From: a virus | Length of the DNA stretch: 41,412 nucleotides | Reading direction: 5' to 3' (one strand) | IMG/VR virus record: IMGVR_UViG_3300029580_000011 | Shown here: in pieces, positions 23,593 through 31,824 of the stretch | How positions within the stretch are numbered: position 1 is the first letter of the stretch | How the letters are laid out: each line of letters begins with the position of its first letter | Translations under genes and position numbers: made by a program | The notes under the pieces: generated by a model | What the model was told of the DNA's origin: nothing | Databases searched by the model: none | The model's input: the letters and a program-made list of their open reading frames with translations, nothing else

Positions 23593-25506
23593 ATGGAAAC
23601 GAACCTCACGGAAATCATCAAGAAAATTCGAACAGCTGTTTTAGGTAGAGAGGTGCGCAGCAGTATTGCAGATGGTTTGGAGTACTGTGGGCAGATTTCC
23701 GAAAACGCAAAGGCAGATATGGACGCAACAGCCGAAGCGGCCAAAGAGGCCATCGACAAGACCGCCGAAGACGCAAAAAACGCCATCGAATCAAATGCAG
23801 CATCTGTCAAAGAACAGCTATCTAAAGACATCGACGCCAAAGCCGCAGAGACACTCAAGACCATCCCGGAGAGCTATACGGAGCTTGATGGGAGCGTGAA
23901 GCAGCTAAAAGAAGATATAGGGCAGTTTTCTACTGCTACATACATTGTTAACATTCCTCTGAAACAAGGTGGAATCTCATTAGATGGTCACGAGACTGAA
24001 AGCGATACTGTCATACGGAGTATTACGCCTATTGATGTAAAACCTTCGGAATCTATTACTTTGACGGACACAACTCTTGAATACAGGATATTGGGTCTAT
24101 ACCAAGGAAATTTGCAAATAATTAAAGATTATGACCAAGGAAATTCTTTTACTTTTAAGTTAAATAAGAGTGGTGTTAGGTTTACAATCAGGAAAAAAAC
24201 ACAAGCAAACATTGTACCTTCTGAAGTTGACACAGGAAAAGTCTTTAAGAGCACTATTGCAGAAATTTTACAAAAAATTATTAACTTAAATGCTGAAAAG
24301 GTAATCCCTATTATTAAGGAATACGAGGATGGAAAGTACAACCCTATGAATCTAACTGATGTCGGGTACGACCATCAAAATATGATATGGTCATGGTGGT
24401 GTTATCCACAGGCCGTAAGCATGAATAATATTCGCAATCAGTTGTATTTTGGTTATACTACAAATGATGGCCATAGTGGTGTTGCGCAATATAACTTTGC
24501 TACAAAAGAGAAGAAAAAGACGGCACTAAAAATATCAGACATTGACGACCATAACGCACCTTGTGTGTTTTTGAGTAGTATTGGAAAGGTAATCGTTGCG
24601 TATAGTGGGGGTCACAATACAGATAAGCAGATGCACATTCGCATTTCTAAATCGTTGGAAAATATCGACGCGTTTGAAAATGTGATAAATATCGACTGCG
24701 GTGGTCGGACTACTTATGCTCAAATGCTATACAGCACTAATTATTATTATTTATTTTTCAGGTTAGATAATGTCGCTTGGTGTTACACACGTTCTTCCGA
24801 CCTTCATAAATGGTCTACTCCAGTTAAGTTGATTGACGCTTATAACATACAGTATTATGTGCGATTTGTACCTACAGACAATGACAGCATTATACGAATG
24901 GTAATGTATTCTAACCCTTCTGAAGGACATACTGAAATAAGACAAGGCTTCATAAATACTTATACAGGCAAAGTAAGAAATTCTGATAATGTAACTGAGC
25001 TTGGTACAGATACACAGACATATTCTTATACAAAGTTTACTGTGCTGATTTCTATCACAAGCGGAAAAGAAAACAGACTATTTGATGTTGCAGTTGAATC
25101 TTCGCGGGAAACGACAATCGCGTTTTGTACGTTCTCAACAAGAGATGACAGTGAGTATTACGTATATAAGAATGGTAATACTACCAAAATTACTAATGGC
25201 GGTAATTCTTTTTGGATTCCAAAATATCAAGGCGGTATGTCTTTTATCACACCAACAAAACTGGTTTTGTCACGTTGTAACGACGGCAAAGATAAAATCG
25301 AAATATGGGAGCTTAACGAAAATAGTTGGATTAAAACAGAATCAATATATGAGGCTAATAATTTTGCCACACAAGCTTATCCGGTTAGGAATGTGCGTCC
25401 TATTGTTGATGTAAACGGAAAAGCATTACTGTGGCATAGTGGATATTATAACAGTGGTGATTTTAGCTTATTTGATACTGATGCTGTAATTCGCGAAATT
25501 AACTAA
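23593..25506 (+). CDS. receptor-binding / tail fibre protein with AT-rich C-terminal module
   Basis: 637 aa. GC-rich coiled-coil N-terminus, then an abrupt AT-rich C-terminal region from about 23900 with propeller-like motifs (DDHNAP, GGHNTD). Confidence 0.65.
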   Translation: METNLTEIIKKIRTAVLGREVRSSIADGLEYCGQISENAKADMDATAEAAKEAIDKTAEDAKNAIESNAASVKEQLSKDIDAKAAETLKTIPESYTELDGSVKQLKEDIGQFSTATYIVNIPLKQGGISLDGHETESDTVIRSITPIDVKPSESITLTDTTLEYRILGLYQGNLQIIKDYDQGNSFTFKLNKSGVRFTIRKKTQANIVPSEVDTGKVFKSTIAEILQKIINLNAEKVIPIIKEYEDGKYNPMNLTDVGYDHQNMIWSWWCYPQAVSMNNIRNQLYFGYTTNDGHSGVAQYNFATKEKKKTALKISDIDDHNAPCVFLSSIGKVIVAYSGGHNTDKQMHIRISKSLENIDAFENVINIDCGGRTTYAQMLYSTNYYYLFFRLDNVAWCYTRSSDLHKWSTPVKLIDAYNIQYYVRFVPTDNDSIIRMVMYSNPSEGHTEIRQGFINTYTGKVRNSDNVTELGTDTQTYSYTKFTVLISITSGKENRLFDVAVESSRETTIAFCTFSTRDDSEYYVYKNGNTTKITNGGNSFWIPKYQGGMSFITPTKLVLSRCNDGKDKIEIWELNENSWIKTESIYEANNFATQAYPVRNVRPIVDVNGKALLWHSGYYNSGDFSLFDTDAVIREIN

Positions 25507-25548
25507 AGAGGGCTTTATCTAACCTTAAAAACCAAAAGGAGTCTTAAA

Positions 25549-26343
25549 ATGCTGCACACCATCCTCAACTTCCTCGCTTCCCTCTTCTCCGCCCTCTGCC
25601 GGGCGGCAGATGCCTCTACCTCTGACCCGGTGTCCACCGTGGACACCCAGAGCGCCGCTCCTCCCGGCTGGGAGGGCGCACCGCCCTACCGCTACATCGA
25701 CGTGAGCCGGTATCAGGGCAAAATCACCCTCGCCGGCTGGCGCAAGGTCAAAGCGGCTGGCTACAAGGGCGTCATGATCAAGACGGTATCCACCAACAGC
25801 AAGCTGAGTAAACGCAAGGACGGGTTGTACATCGACCCGACCTTTGAGACCAACTACCGCAACGCCCGGGCTGCCGGGCTGGACGTGGGTGTCTACTACT
25901 ACACCTACGCCACCAGCGAGGCGATGGCCGATGCAGAGCTTGCCCTTGTGCGGCAGGCGGTCTACGGCAAGGAGTTTTCTCTCCCCGTTTGCGTGGACGT
26001 GGAGGAGAACAAGCTCAAGCAGCTGTCCACGCTTGACCTGTCCAACCTTGCCGCTTACGCGCTGGAACAGGTGGAGCGGATGGGTTTTTACGCCCAACTG
26101 TACACCTACACCGGTTACAAGTATGAGCTGGACATGGCGAGGCTGTCCTCTCGATGGGACGTGTGGCTGGCCGACTACACGGGCAAACCGCCTGCTGTTA
26201 CCTTTAAGTACAACTCCCACCAGCACACCAGTAAGGGCGCTGTGCCGGGAATCTCCGGCGACGTAGACCTCAACGTGACCACCCTCAACTATCCGAAAAT
26301 CATCCGCAAGAAGGGTCTGACCCGTCTCCGGGAGGGCGTATGA
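25549..26343 (+). CDS. GH25 muramidase endolysin with hydrophobic N-terminal signal/SAR-like segment
   Basis: YIDVSRYQGKI, GVMIKT, DVGVYYYTYA and VCVDVEE fit GH25. N-terminus MLHTILNFLASLFSALCRAADA. Confidence 0.8.
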   Translation: MLHTILNFLASLFSALCRAADASTSDPVSTVDTQSAAPPGWEGAPPYRYIDVSRYQGKITLAGWRKVKAAGYKGVMIKTVSTNSKLSKRKDGLYIDPTFETNYRNARAAGLDVGVYYYTYATSEAMADAELALVRQAVYGKEFSLPVCVDVEENKLKQLSTLDLSNLAAYALEQVERMGFYAQLYTYTGYKYELDMARLSSRWDVWLADYTGKPPAVTFKYNSHQHTSKGAVPGISGDVDLNVTTLNYPKIIRKKGLTRLREGV

Positions 26344-26732
26344 CAGAAAAACAGGCTCTTATCTGGGTGCTTGGCATCTTGGGCAGCATCTGCGCCGGAG
26401 CAATCACGCTGGACAAGGTGCTGGACATCATCCACAAGTACATCAAAAAGGCGCAAGCCCCCGACGCAGAGCAAAACAAGCGTCTGGACGACATCGAGCG
26501 GCGGCTCAGCGACGTTGAGACCGGCTACGCACAGCACAGCGCAGCCCTCAAGCGCGACCTGACCCGCTTTGATGAGATAGACGAGGTAAGCCGTCTGACC
26601 CTCGACGGGGTGCGCAATCTGCTGGACGCCCAGCTCTCCGGCAACAACCGCGAAGGGATGCAAAAGAGCCGCACCGACATCGACAATTATCTGTTAAAAG
26701 GAGTGACCAATCATGGTAGCACTGGCAACTAA
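26340..26732 (+). CDS. lysis-associated membrane protein (holin-like, one N-terminal TM plus coiled coil)
   Basis: ATGA overlap with the endolysin gene. TM segment LIWVLGILGSICAGAITL. Confidence 0.45.
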   Translation: MTEKQALIWVLGILGSICAGAITLDKVLDIIHKYIKKAQAPDAEQNKRLDDIERRLSDVETGYAQHSAALKRDLTRFDEIDEVSRLTLDGVRNLLDAQLSGNNREGMQKSRTDIDNYLLKGVTNHGSTGN

Positions 26733-27054
26733 GTTTTTTGACCTTATCCCCGCCCCTGTGGCCCTCGTGCTGATGCTGGGCGGCTTTATCTTTTACGCCC
26801 TCGGCTGCGTCCGGTTGGGCTATGGCGCAGCGGTAAAGCCGCTGGTGCTGGACCTCATCGAGCGGGCAGAGCAGGAGATTCAGGGGACTAAACGCGGCGC
26901 AGAGCGCAAAGCGTGGGTCGTCAAGATGCTTCGTGCTGCCCTGAGTACCAGCAAATACGGCAGGCTCATCAGCTGGGCCATCACCGATGAGACCATCGGC
27001 ACTGTAATTCAATTTTTCTTTGACCGCGCCCGGGCGGCGCTGGAAAAGCAGTAA
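26713..27054 (+). CDS. holin (LL-H-like)
   Basis: TM segment PAPVALVLMLGGFIFYALG followed by RKAWVVKMLRAAL. AAGGAG RBS. Confidence 0.6.
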   Translation: MVALATKFFDLIPAPVALVLMLGGFIFYALGCVRLGYGAAVKPLVLDLIERAEQEIQGTKRGAERKAWVVKMLRAALSTSKYGRLISWAITDETIGTVIQFFFDRARAALEKQ

Positions 27055-27064
27055 GGAGATTATT

Positions 27065-27304
27065 ATGGCAAGCACTACATACCGCCATCTCGGTGACGTC
27101 ACCGAGATGTACGCCGCACAAGAGCAATTTCGGCACGTCACGAAAATGGTCTGCGCACGTTTTCGTGACCTCACGAAAACATACCATTTTGCCGTCATTG
27201 GCAATATGGTGCGCAACGCTGGACAGCTGCCGCAGCCTTTCTGGCTCGGTGCTGCCTGTGGCGGCGGCTCGTGTAGTGCTGCCCGCTGCGCTGCAAGGAC
27301 TTGA
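27065..27304 (+). CDS. hypothetical ORF with R-[HD]-x-V/L-T-[EK]-[MT] peptide repeats; possibly the 5' part of a frameshifted sigma-like gene
   Basis: ATG 7 nt after AAGGAG. The tail LGAACGGGSCSAARCAART looks out of frame. Overlaps track ORF 27093-27485. Confidence 0.35.
   Translation: MASTTYRHLGDVTEMYAAQEQFRHVTKMVCARFRDLTKTYHFAVIGNMVRNAGQLPQPFWLGAACGGGSCSAARCAART
27086..27109. repeat. 24-bp perfect palindrome catctcggTGACGTCAccgagatg
   Basis: Checked base by base. It shares the TGACGTCA core with the operator at 29253-29270. Confidence 0.9.
27137..27179. repeat. three TCACGAAAA half-sites forming mutually exclusive hairpins
   Basis: gtcacgaaaa (27137-46), ttttcgtgac (27160-69) and tcacgaaaa (27171-79). 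Confidence 0.8.
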
Positions 27305-27314
27305 CCGACAGCAG

Positions 27315-27485
27315 ATGACCGCCGCCATCAAAAACGCACCGCTTGGGAGGGTAGACCGTAAGATAGCCTTACTGCGGTACGTTGAGCGGCTCCCGCTGCC
27401 GGACATTGCGACACAGACACATTACAGCCGGACGGCGATAGGCTACCGGCTCAAAAGCATTGACAAAATGCTGGATGTGTTGTAA
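27315..27485 (+). CDS. sigma-70 region-4-like HTH protein (57 aa if it stands alone)
   Basis: RVDRKIALLRYVERLPLPDIATQTHYSRTAIGYRLKSIDKML resembles a region 4.2 HTH. The start is uncertain. Confidence 0.4.
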   Translation: MTAAIKNAPLGRVDRKIALLRYVERLPLPDIATQTHYSRTAIGYRLKSIDKMLDVL

Positions 27486-27586
27486 AATAATACCAACAAA
27501 TCCACCCGGCTTCTTGAAGAAGCACAACAGGGTGGATATTTGTACAACTGGCAAGTCTCCTGCGCATCCAGCGTGAGACGTAAAAG

Positions 27587-27621
27587 CCCCCGGTGTTCCG
27601 TTTGGAGCATCGGGGGTTTTT
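27587..27621. terminator. bidirectional Rho-independent terminator
   Basis: 13-bp stem cccccggtgttcc/ggagcatcggggg with loop gttt. AAAA on the left, TTTTT on the right. Lies between convergent genes. Confidence 0.8.
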
Positions 27622-27648
27622 GATTTTAAGGCTACTGGAGATCGCCTA

Positions 27649-28191
27649 TCATGCGTTATAGCCGGGGTGGCGGTCTCCGTACAGCTCGGTGACGGCCAGC
27701 ACCTTGACGGGGACGATTTTGCGGGAGCCGTCCGGCTGAGGCACGGACATTGTCAACCCTGCTGCAATGGTGCGGTCAATGGCGCTGCTGTAATCGTGCT
27801 CCGGGATTGTTGCGATACTGCCAGGCGCTGCCGGTTTGCTTATGGTGTCGCCTTGCTGAGGATTGCAAGAGACGTACACAATGCAGCCGTTGCCGTCCTT
27901 GCTTTTGTAGTCGGCATAGTATCCGATGCAATGACTACAGTTGGGGGCAGGCGCGTAATAGCCGTAGTGGACGCCCTCCGGCAGCTCGATGGTTACGGCC
28001 TTACGATAAGGGACGCCGACCGGCTCATATATTCCGGTGTAACCGTTTTTGGTGATGATGTCCACGCCTCCAATGTTGGAGCTGACGTTATTGCTGACGG
28101 AGCTGACAACGCCAAAGCAGACTTGTTTGTCGCCCTTATGGGCGATAATGGCATTGATGACAATCTCCGGGGTATAATTGTTATTAGACAT
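27649..28191 (-). CDS. hypothetical protein (180 aa), last gene of the minus-strand accessory operon
   Basis: GGAGG RBS (cataattaacctcc on the + strand). No recognisable motif. Confidence 0.7.
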   Translation of the reverse strand: MSNNNYTPEIVINAIIAHKGDKQVCFGVVSSVSNNVSSNIGGVDIITKNGYTGIYEPVGVPYRKAVTIELPEGVHYGYYAPAPNCSHCIGYYADYKSKDGNGCIVYVSCNPQQGDTISKPAAPGSIATIPEHDYSSAIDRTIAAGLTMSVPQPDGSRKIVPVKVLAVTELYGDRHPGYNA

Positions 28192-28235
28192 AATTAACCT
28201 CCTGCCGCTGTGCGGCTCTTGTATTGATTAAATTT

Positions 28236-28412
28236 TCACTCGTGGCAGTCTTTTTTTATCAGAGCTGTAATATAAGCGTTTACGCTCATCCCTTTTTCGG
28301 CGGCTCTATCTTGTATGACCTTTTTCTGGCCCTTAGGAATGCGCAGAGTCAGGCGGTCATAAGTAGCCTCATTGTAAGCGCTGATGTATGCGATTTGGTC
28401 AAATTTCTCCAT
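28236..28412 (-). CDS. ribbon-helix-helix (Arc/CopG-like) DNA-binding protein (58 aa)
   Basis: YDRLTLRIPKGQKKVIQDRAAEKGMSVNAYITALIKKD is a typical RHH pattern. ATG 6 nt after AAGGAG. Confidence 0.7.
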   Translation of the reverse strand: MEKFDQIAYISAYNEATYDRLTLRIPKGQKKVIQDRAAEKGMSVNAYITALIKKDCHE

Positions 28413-28740
28413 TTGCTTCTCCTTTCTTTTTGTTTTGACGGCATTTTCGGATTCTGAGAGCGTTGACGGTGGGGTATTCGGCGTTCTGCATCCCTCGGTC
28501 ATACGGAGTATAGCTCAGGACGGTATTCCGAGCTATCCCGAGAGATTCGGCGATTTCATCAATGCTCTTTCCACCCTCCCTCATCTTTGCGATTTTCAGC
28601 GAAAGAGGGCTGGACCACGCACCGGCAGTGATCAAAATTTTTCTGGTCTTCTGCTCACTGATCTTGAGCCTCCGTGCGATTCCGGCCACGCTCAATCCCT
28701 GCTCATTCAGGCGGAGGGTCGACGTTACAAGTGTATCCAT
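28399..28740 (-). CDS. DNA-binding protein with two HTH motifs (113 aa)
   Basis: GLSVAGIARRLKISEQKTRKIL and KSIDEIAESLGIARNTVLSY. ATG 28740 sits 7 nt after GAAAGGGA; the track ORF extends to 28788. Confidence 0.65.
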   Translation of the reverse strand: MDTLVTSTLRLNEQGLSVAGIARRLKISEQKTRKILITAGAWSSPLSLKIAKMREGGKSIDEIAESLGIARNTVLSYTPYDRGMQNAEYPTVNALRIRKCRQNKKKGEANGEI

Positions 28741-28791
28741 ATATGTTTCCCTTTCCAAAAGCCCGTCAAGCCGATAGCGCAGCCGCATCGT

Positions 28792-29199
28792 TTATTTGTT
28801 CATCATATCCATCACGGCGTTGTAATGCTTTTCGTATTCTTCCCCAACAGCAAGCTCTTTTTCAACTTTAGCCTTCTGGTAAGCACGCTCTTCGCCGTAG
28901 ATTTCGCTTTCGATCGCATCGGGGATCTCAACGAATGCTTTCTGCTTTTTGCCATTGGCCATCACATACACGCCGAATGCGTAATGCACGCTCTCCGGCC
29001 AACGGCCGATCTGCTGCTTGTAGGCACCAGCCTTCATTTCACGACCGTTCACGAGCAGGGAATTGATGGTATACTGCCACTTGCGGCAAGGGAACGTAAT
29101 CTCGTTGCCATCGTTCCAGAGGGTTTCTTCAGCAATGATCTTCACATCAATGTCAAGATCAATCTTTGCGCCACGAGCGGTAGTCCAAGAGTACTTCAT
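28792..29199 (-). CDS. hypothetical protein (135 aa), first gene of the minus-strand accessory operon
   Basis: GGAGG RBS. Directly downstream of the consensus promoter. Confidence 0.7.
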   Translation of the reverse strand: MKYSWTTARGAKIDLDIDVKIIAEETLWNDGNEITFPCRKWQYTINSLLVNGREMKAGAYKQQIGRWPESVHYAFGVYVMANGKKQKAFVEIPDAIESEIYGEERAYQKAKVEKELAVGEEYEKHYNAVMDMMNK

Positions 29200-29244
29200 T
29201 TTGTTTGCCTCCGTCTGTTTTGTGGGTGTTCTTCTGACACACTT

Positions 29245-29273
29245 ATTGTATCACATATGACGTCATATGTCAA
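29245..29273 (-). promoter_or_regulatory. near-consensus sigma-70-type promoter TTGACA-17-TACAAT
   Basis: On the minus strand, -35 = 29273-29268 and -10 = 29250-29245. About 45 nt upstream of ATG 29199. Confidence 0.7.
29253..29270. promoter_or_regulatory. 18-bp perfect palindrome acataTGACGTCAtatgt (operator in the promoter spacer)
   Basis: Lies between and overlapping the -35 and -10 of the 29245-29273 promoter. Confidence 0.7.
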
Positions 29274-29373
29274 TGTTTTTCGAAGGAAAAATTATATTTG
29301 TCCTTCGTTGTGCGTTCGTTGCCTCTTAACTCTCCTTAAAAAGGTAAACTGATCGCAAAGGGAGGGGAGCGCC

Positions 29374-29751
29374 ATGTGGCACAAGTTTAACCCCAACCCC
29401 CACGGGAGCAGCGTCGGAGACTGTGCTGTGCGGGCGGTAGCAGCGGCCACCGGCCGAAGCTGGGAGCAAGCTTATATCAGCCTTGCGCTCACTGGTTACG
29501 CCCTCGGCGATATGCCCAGCGCCAACCGCACATGGGGCGCATACCTCCAAAAGCAGGGTTACAAGCGCCGCATGGTGGAGGCGGACTGCGCCACCTGTTA
29601 CACCGTGGCGAATTTTGCCCGGGAGTACCCGCGCGGCGTGTATGTACTGGGCTGCTCCGGCCACGTTCTGGCCGTCATCGATGGCGAGTGGTGGGACAGT
29701 TGGGACAGCGGCGCGGAATGCCCAATCTATTACTGGTATAAGGAGGAGTAA
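29374..29751 (+). CDS. putative papain-like Cys/His protein (125 aa)
   Basis: GDCAVRA near the N-terminus and GHVLAV later suggest a Cys-His dyad. GGGAGGGG RBS. Confidence 0.55.
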   Translation: MWHKFNPNPHGSSVGDCAVRAVAAATGRSWEQAYISLALTGYALGDMPSANRTWGAYLQKQGYKRRMVEADCATCYTVANFAREYPRGVYVLGCSGHVLAVIDGEWWDSWDSGAECPIYYWYKEE

Positions 29752-29754
29752 ACG

Positions 29755-30204
29755 ATGCCTTACAATCCGTATGCGTATCAGATGCCGACATATTACGGCC
29801 AGCCAATGCCGGACAACCTCGCTCAACTCAGGCAGGGGGCAGGCTATCAGTCTCCCATGATGCAGCAGCCGACAGCTCAGACAGCACAGGCTACGCCCTC
29901 CATCATCTGGGTACAGGGAGAAGAAGGCGCAAAAGCCTATATGGTCGCCGCAGGCAACAGCGTGTTGCTGATGGACAGCGAAAACAGCGCTTTTTACATC
30001 AAGAGCACCGACGCCAGCGGGATGCCGCTTCCCCTCCGGGTGTTTGACTACAAGGAGCGCACCACAGCCGCAAAAACGCCGCCACAAACGGCGCAGCAGC
30101 CCGGTGTAGAGTTTGTCACCCGAGCAGAGTTTGACGCGCTGGCGGCTCGCTGTACGGCACTTGAAAAGTTAGAACCTTCAAAAAATGAAACGGAGGTCAA
30201 ATAA
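29755..30204 (+). CDS. P/Q/Y-rich N-terminus protein (149 aa)
   Basis: MPYNPYAYQMPTYYGQPMP..., then IIWVQGEEGAKAYMVAAGNSVLLMDSENSAFYIKSTD. Confidence 0.6.
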   Translation: MPYNPYAYQMPTYYGQPMPDNLAQLRQGAGYQSPMMQQPTAQTAQATPSIIWVQGEEGAKAYMVAAGNSVLLMDSENSAFYIKSTDASGMPLPLRVFDYKERTTAAKTPPQTAQQPGVEFVTRAEFDALAARCTALEKLEPSKNETEVK

Positions 30205-30206
30205 GT

Positions 30207-30431
30207 ATGGCGAATCCTCTTTTTAATGCACTAGGCGGCGGTATGCCCGCCATGCCAAACCCTATGGGTCAGTTTGGCCAGATGATGCAGCAGTTCCAGC
30301 AGTTCCGTGCAAACTTTCAAGGCGACCCGAAAGCAGAGGTGCAAAAGCTGCTGCAATCCGGCAAAATGTCACAAAACCAGCTGAACCAGCTGCAGGCGAT
30401 GGCTCAGCAGTTTCAGCAGTTCCTTCATTAA
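30207..30431 (+). CDS. Q-rich small protein (74 aa)
   Basis: FGQMMQQFQQFRANFQGDP...QLQAMAQQFQQFLH. Confidence 0.55.
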   Translation: MANPLFNALGGGMPAMPNPMGQFGQMMQQFQQFRANFQGDPKAEVQKLLQSGKMSQNQLNQLQAMAQQFQQFLH

Positions 30432-30494
30432 GTCGTAACCGTGGCCACGGTTCAAGCATAAAAATTATTCAAAACACACGAAAGGAGTACAAAA

Positions 30495-31271
30495 ATGTCT
30501 CTTTCTTCCGATTCTGCGGTTCTGACCATGCCTGTTCAGCCCGCAAACACCAACGGCGGCAACGGCTTTGGTTTTGGCAATGATGGCGCATGGTGGATCA
30601 TCATCCTGTTCCTGTTCGCCTTCTGCGGCGGCTGGGGCGGCAACTGGGGAGGCAATGGCAACACCGGTGTCGGTGTCGTTGACGGCTACGTCCTGACCTC
30701 CGATTTTGCCAACATCGAGCGCAAGATGGATGGTATCAACAACGGCATGTGTGATGGCTTCTACCAGCAGGCGCAGCTTGTCAACGGCGTGCAGCAGACC
30801 GTGAACAACGGCTTTATGTCCGCAGAGATCAGCCGCGCAAACCAGCAGGCGGCGTTCATGCAGCAGCTGTTTGCCATGCAGATGCAGCAGCAGGAGTGCT
30901 GCTGCGAGAACCGCTCTGCCATTCAGGGCGTCAACTACAATTTGGCCACTCAGTCCTGCGAGACCCGGAACACGGTGCAGAACACCACCCGGGACATCAT
31001 CGACAACCAGAACCAGAACGCCCGCGCCATTCTGGACGCTCTGACCGCACAGCGCATCGAGGCAAAGGACGCAAAGATCGCTGAGCAGGGTCAGCAGCTG
31101 TTCGCAGCACAGCTTGCGGCATCTCAGGCAGCCCAGAACGAAACGCTCAAGGCCTACATGAGCGGTCAGCTGGCCTACTACAATCCGCGCCCCGTGCCCG
31201 CATTCCCGGTTCCTGCACCTTACCAGTACGGTAACTGCGGCACCGGTTGCGGCTGCAACGGTTGCGCCTAA
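30495..31271 (+). CDS. G/N/Q-rich membrane protein with CCC motif and Cys-rich C-terminus (258 aa)
   Basis: GNGFGFGNDGAWWIIILFLFAFCGGWGGNWGGNG (YjcZ-like by eye), QQECCCENRS, and C-terminal GNCGTGCGCNGCA. Confidence 0.65.
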   Translation: MSLSSDSAVLTMPVQPANTNGGNGFGFGNDGAWWIIILFLFAFCGGWGGNWGGNGNTGVGVVDGYVLTSDFANIERKMDGINNGMCDGFYQQAQLVNGVQQTVNNGFMSAEISRANQQAAFMQQLFAMQMQQQECCCENRSAIQGVNYNLATQSCETRNTVQNTTRDIIDNQNQNARAILDALTAQRIEAKDAKIAEQGQQLFAAQLAASQAAQNETLKAYMSGQLAYYNPRPVPAFPVPAPYQYGNCGTGCGCNGCA

Positions 31272-31336
31272 CCGAATAACGGCAACTGACTACAATTTGT
31301 AGACTGTTCAGCCCCTGAGCTGATTTTGCAAACCAG

Positions 31337-31367
31337 AGCGCCGGGGCAGTAGTCCTGGCGCTTTTTT
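31337..31367 (+). terminator. Rho-independent terminator
   Basis: 9-bp stem agcgccggg/cctggcgct with an 8-nt loop, followed by TTTTTT. Confidence 0.75.
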
Positions 31368-31386
31368 GATGAAAGGAGCCGATAAA

Positions 31387-31809
31387 ATGGCCGAATTTAG
31401 CAACTCTAACACCGTCAGCGTGGCAGCGGGTGAAAACCTTCCCCTGACCGAGACCGCGGTGAAAGCCCCTGCCTGCATCATGCACCGTGAGGGCAGTGGC
31501 CTCGTGACCCTGCGCGGTCTGACCAATCAATGCAAAGCGCGCTTCAAGGTAAGCTTTGGCGGCAATATCGCCATTCCCACCGGCGGCACTGTGGGACCCA
31601 TTTCCGTGGCGCTGGCTGTCAGCGGTGAGTCGCTGACCAGTGCGACAGCCATTGTCACCCCGGCGGCAGTCGAAAATTACTTCAATGTGTTCGTGGCTGC
31701 GTTTATCGAGGTGCCGCGCGGCTGCTGCGTGACAGTGGCACTCAAAAACACCAGTACCCAGGCTGTCAGCATTGCAAACAGCAATCTGATCGTTGAGCGG
31801 GTAGCGTAA
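31387..31809 (+). CDS. beta-sandwich-like protein (140 aa), BclA-C/C1q-like by pattern
   Basis: ATG 8 nt after GAAAGGAG. Alternating beta pattern ...RFKVSFGGNIAIP...CCVTVALKNTSTQAVSIANSNLIVERV. Confidence 0.6.
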   Translation: MAEFSNSNTVSVAAGENLPLTETAVKAPACIMHREGSGLVTLRGLTNQCKARFKVSFGGNIAIPTGGTVGPISVALAVSGESLTSATAIVTPAAVENYFNVFVAAFIEVPRGCCVTVALKNTSTQAVSIANSNLIVERVA

Positions 31810-31824
31810 GAAAGGAGATAAGTC

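Noticed and set aside
28236-28412. The RHH protein plus the downstream 180-aa ORF as a type II toxin-antitoxin pair.
   Set aside because: The 180-aa protein shows no toxin-family motif I can recognise. It is separated by a 44-nt gap with its own RBS, and the RHH gene is itself preceded by an overlapping HTH gene. The locus is kept only as part of the broader operon hypothesis.
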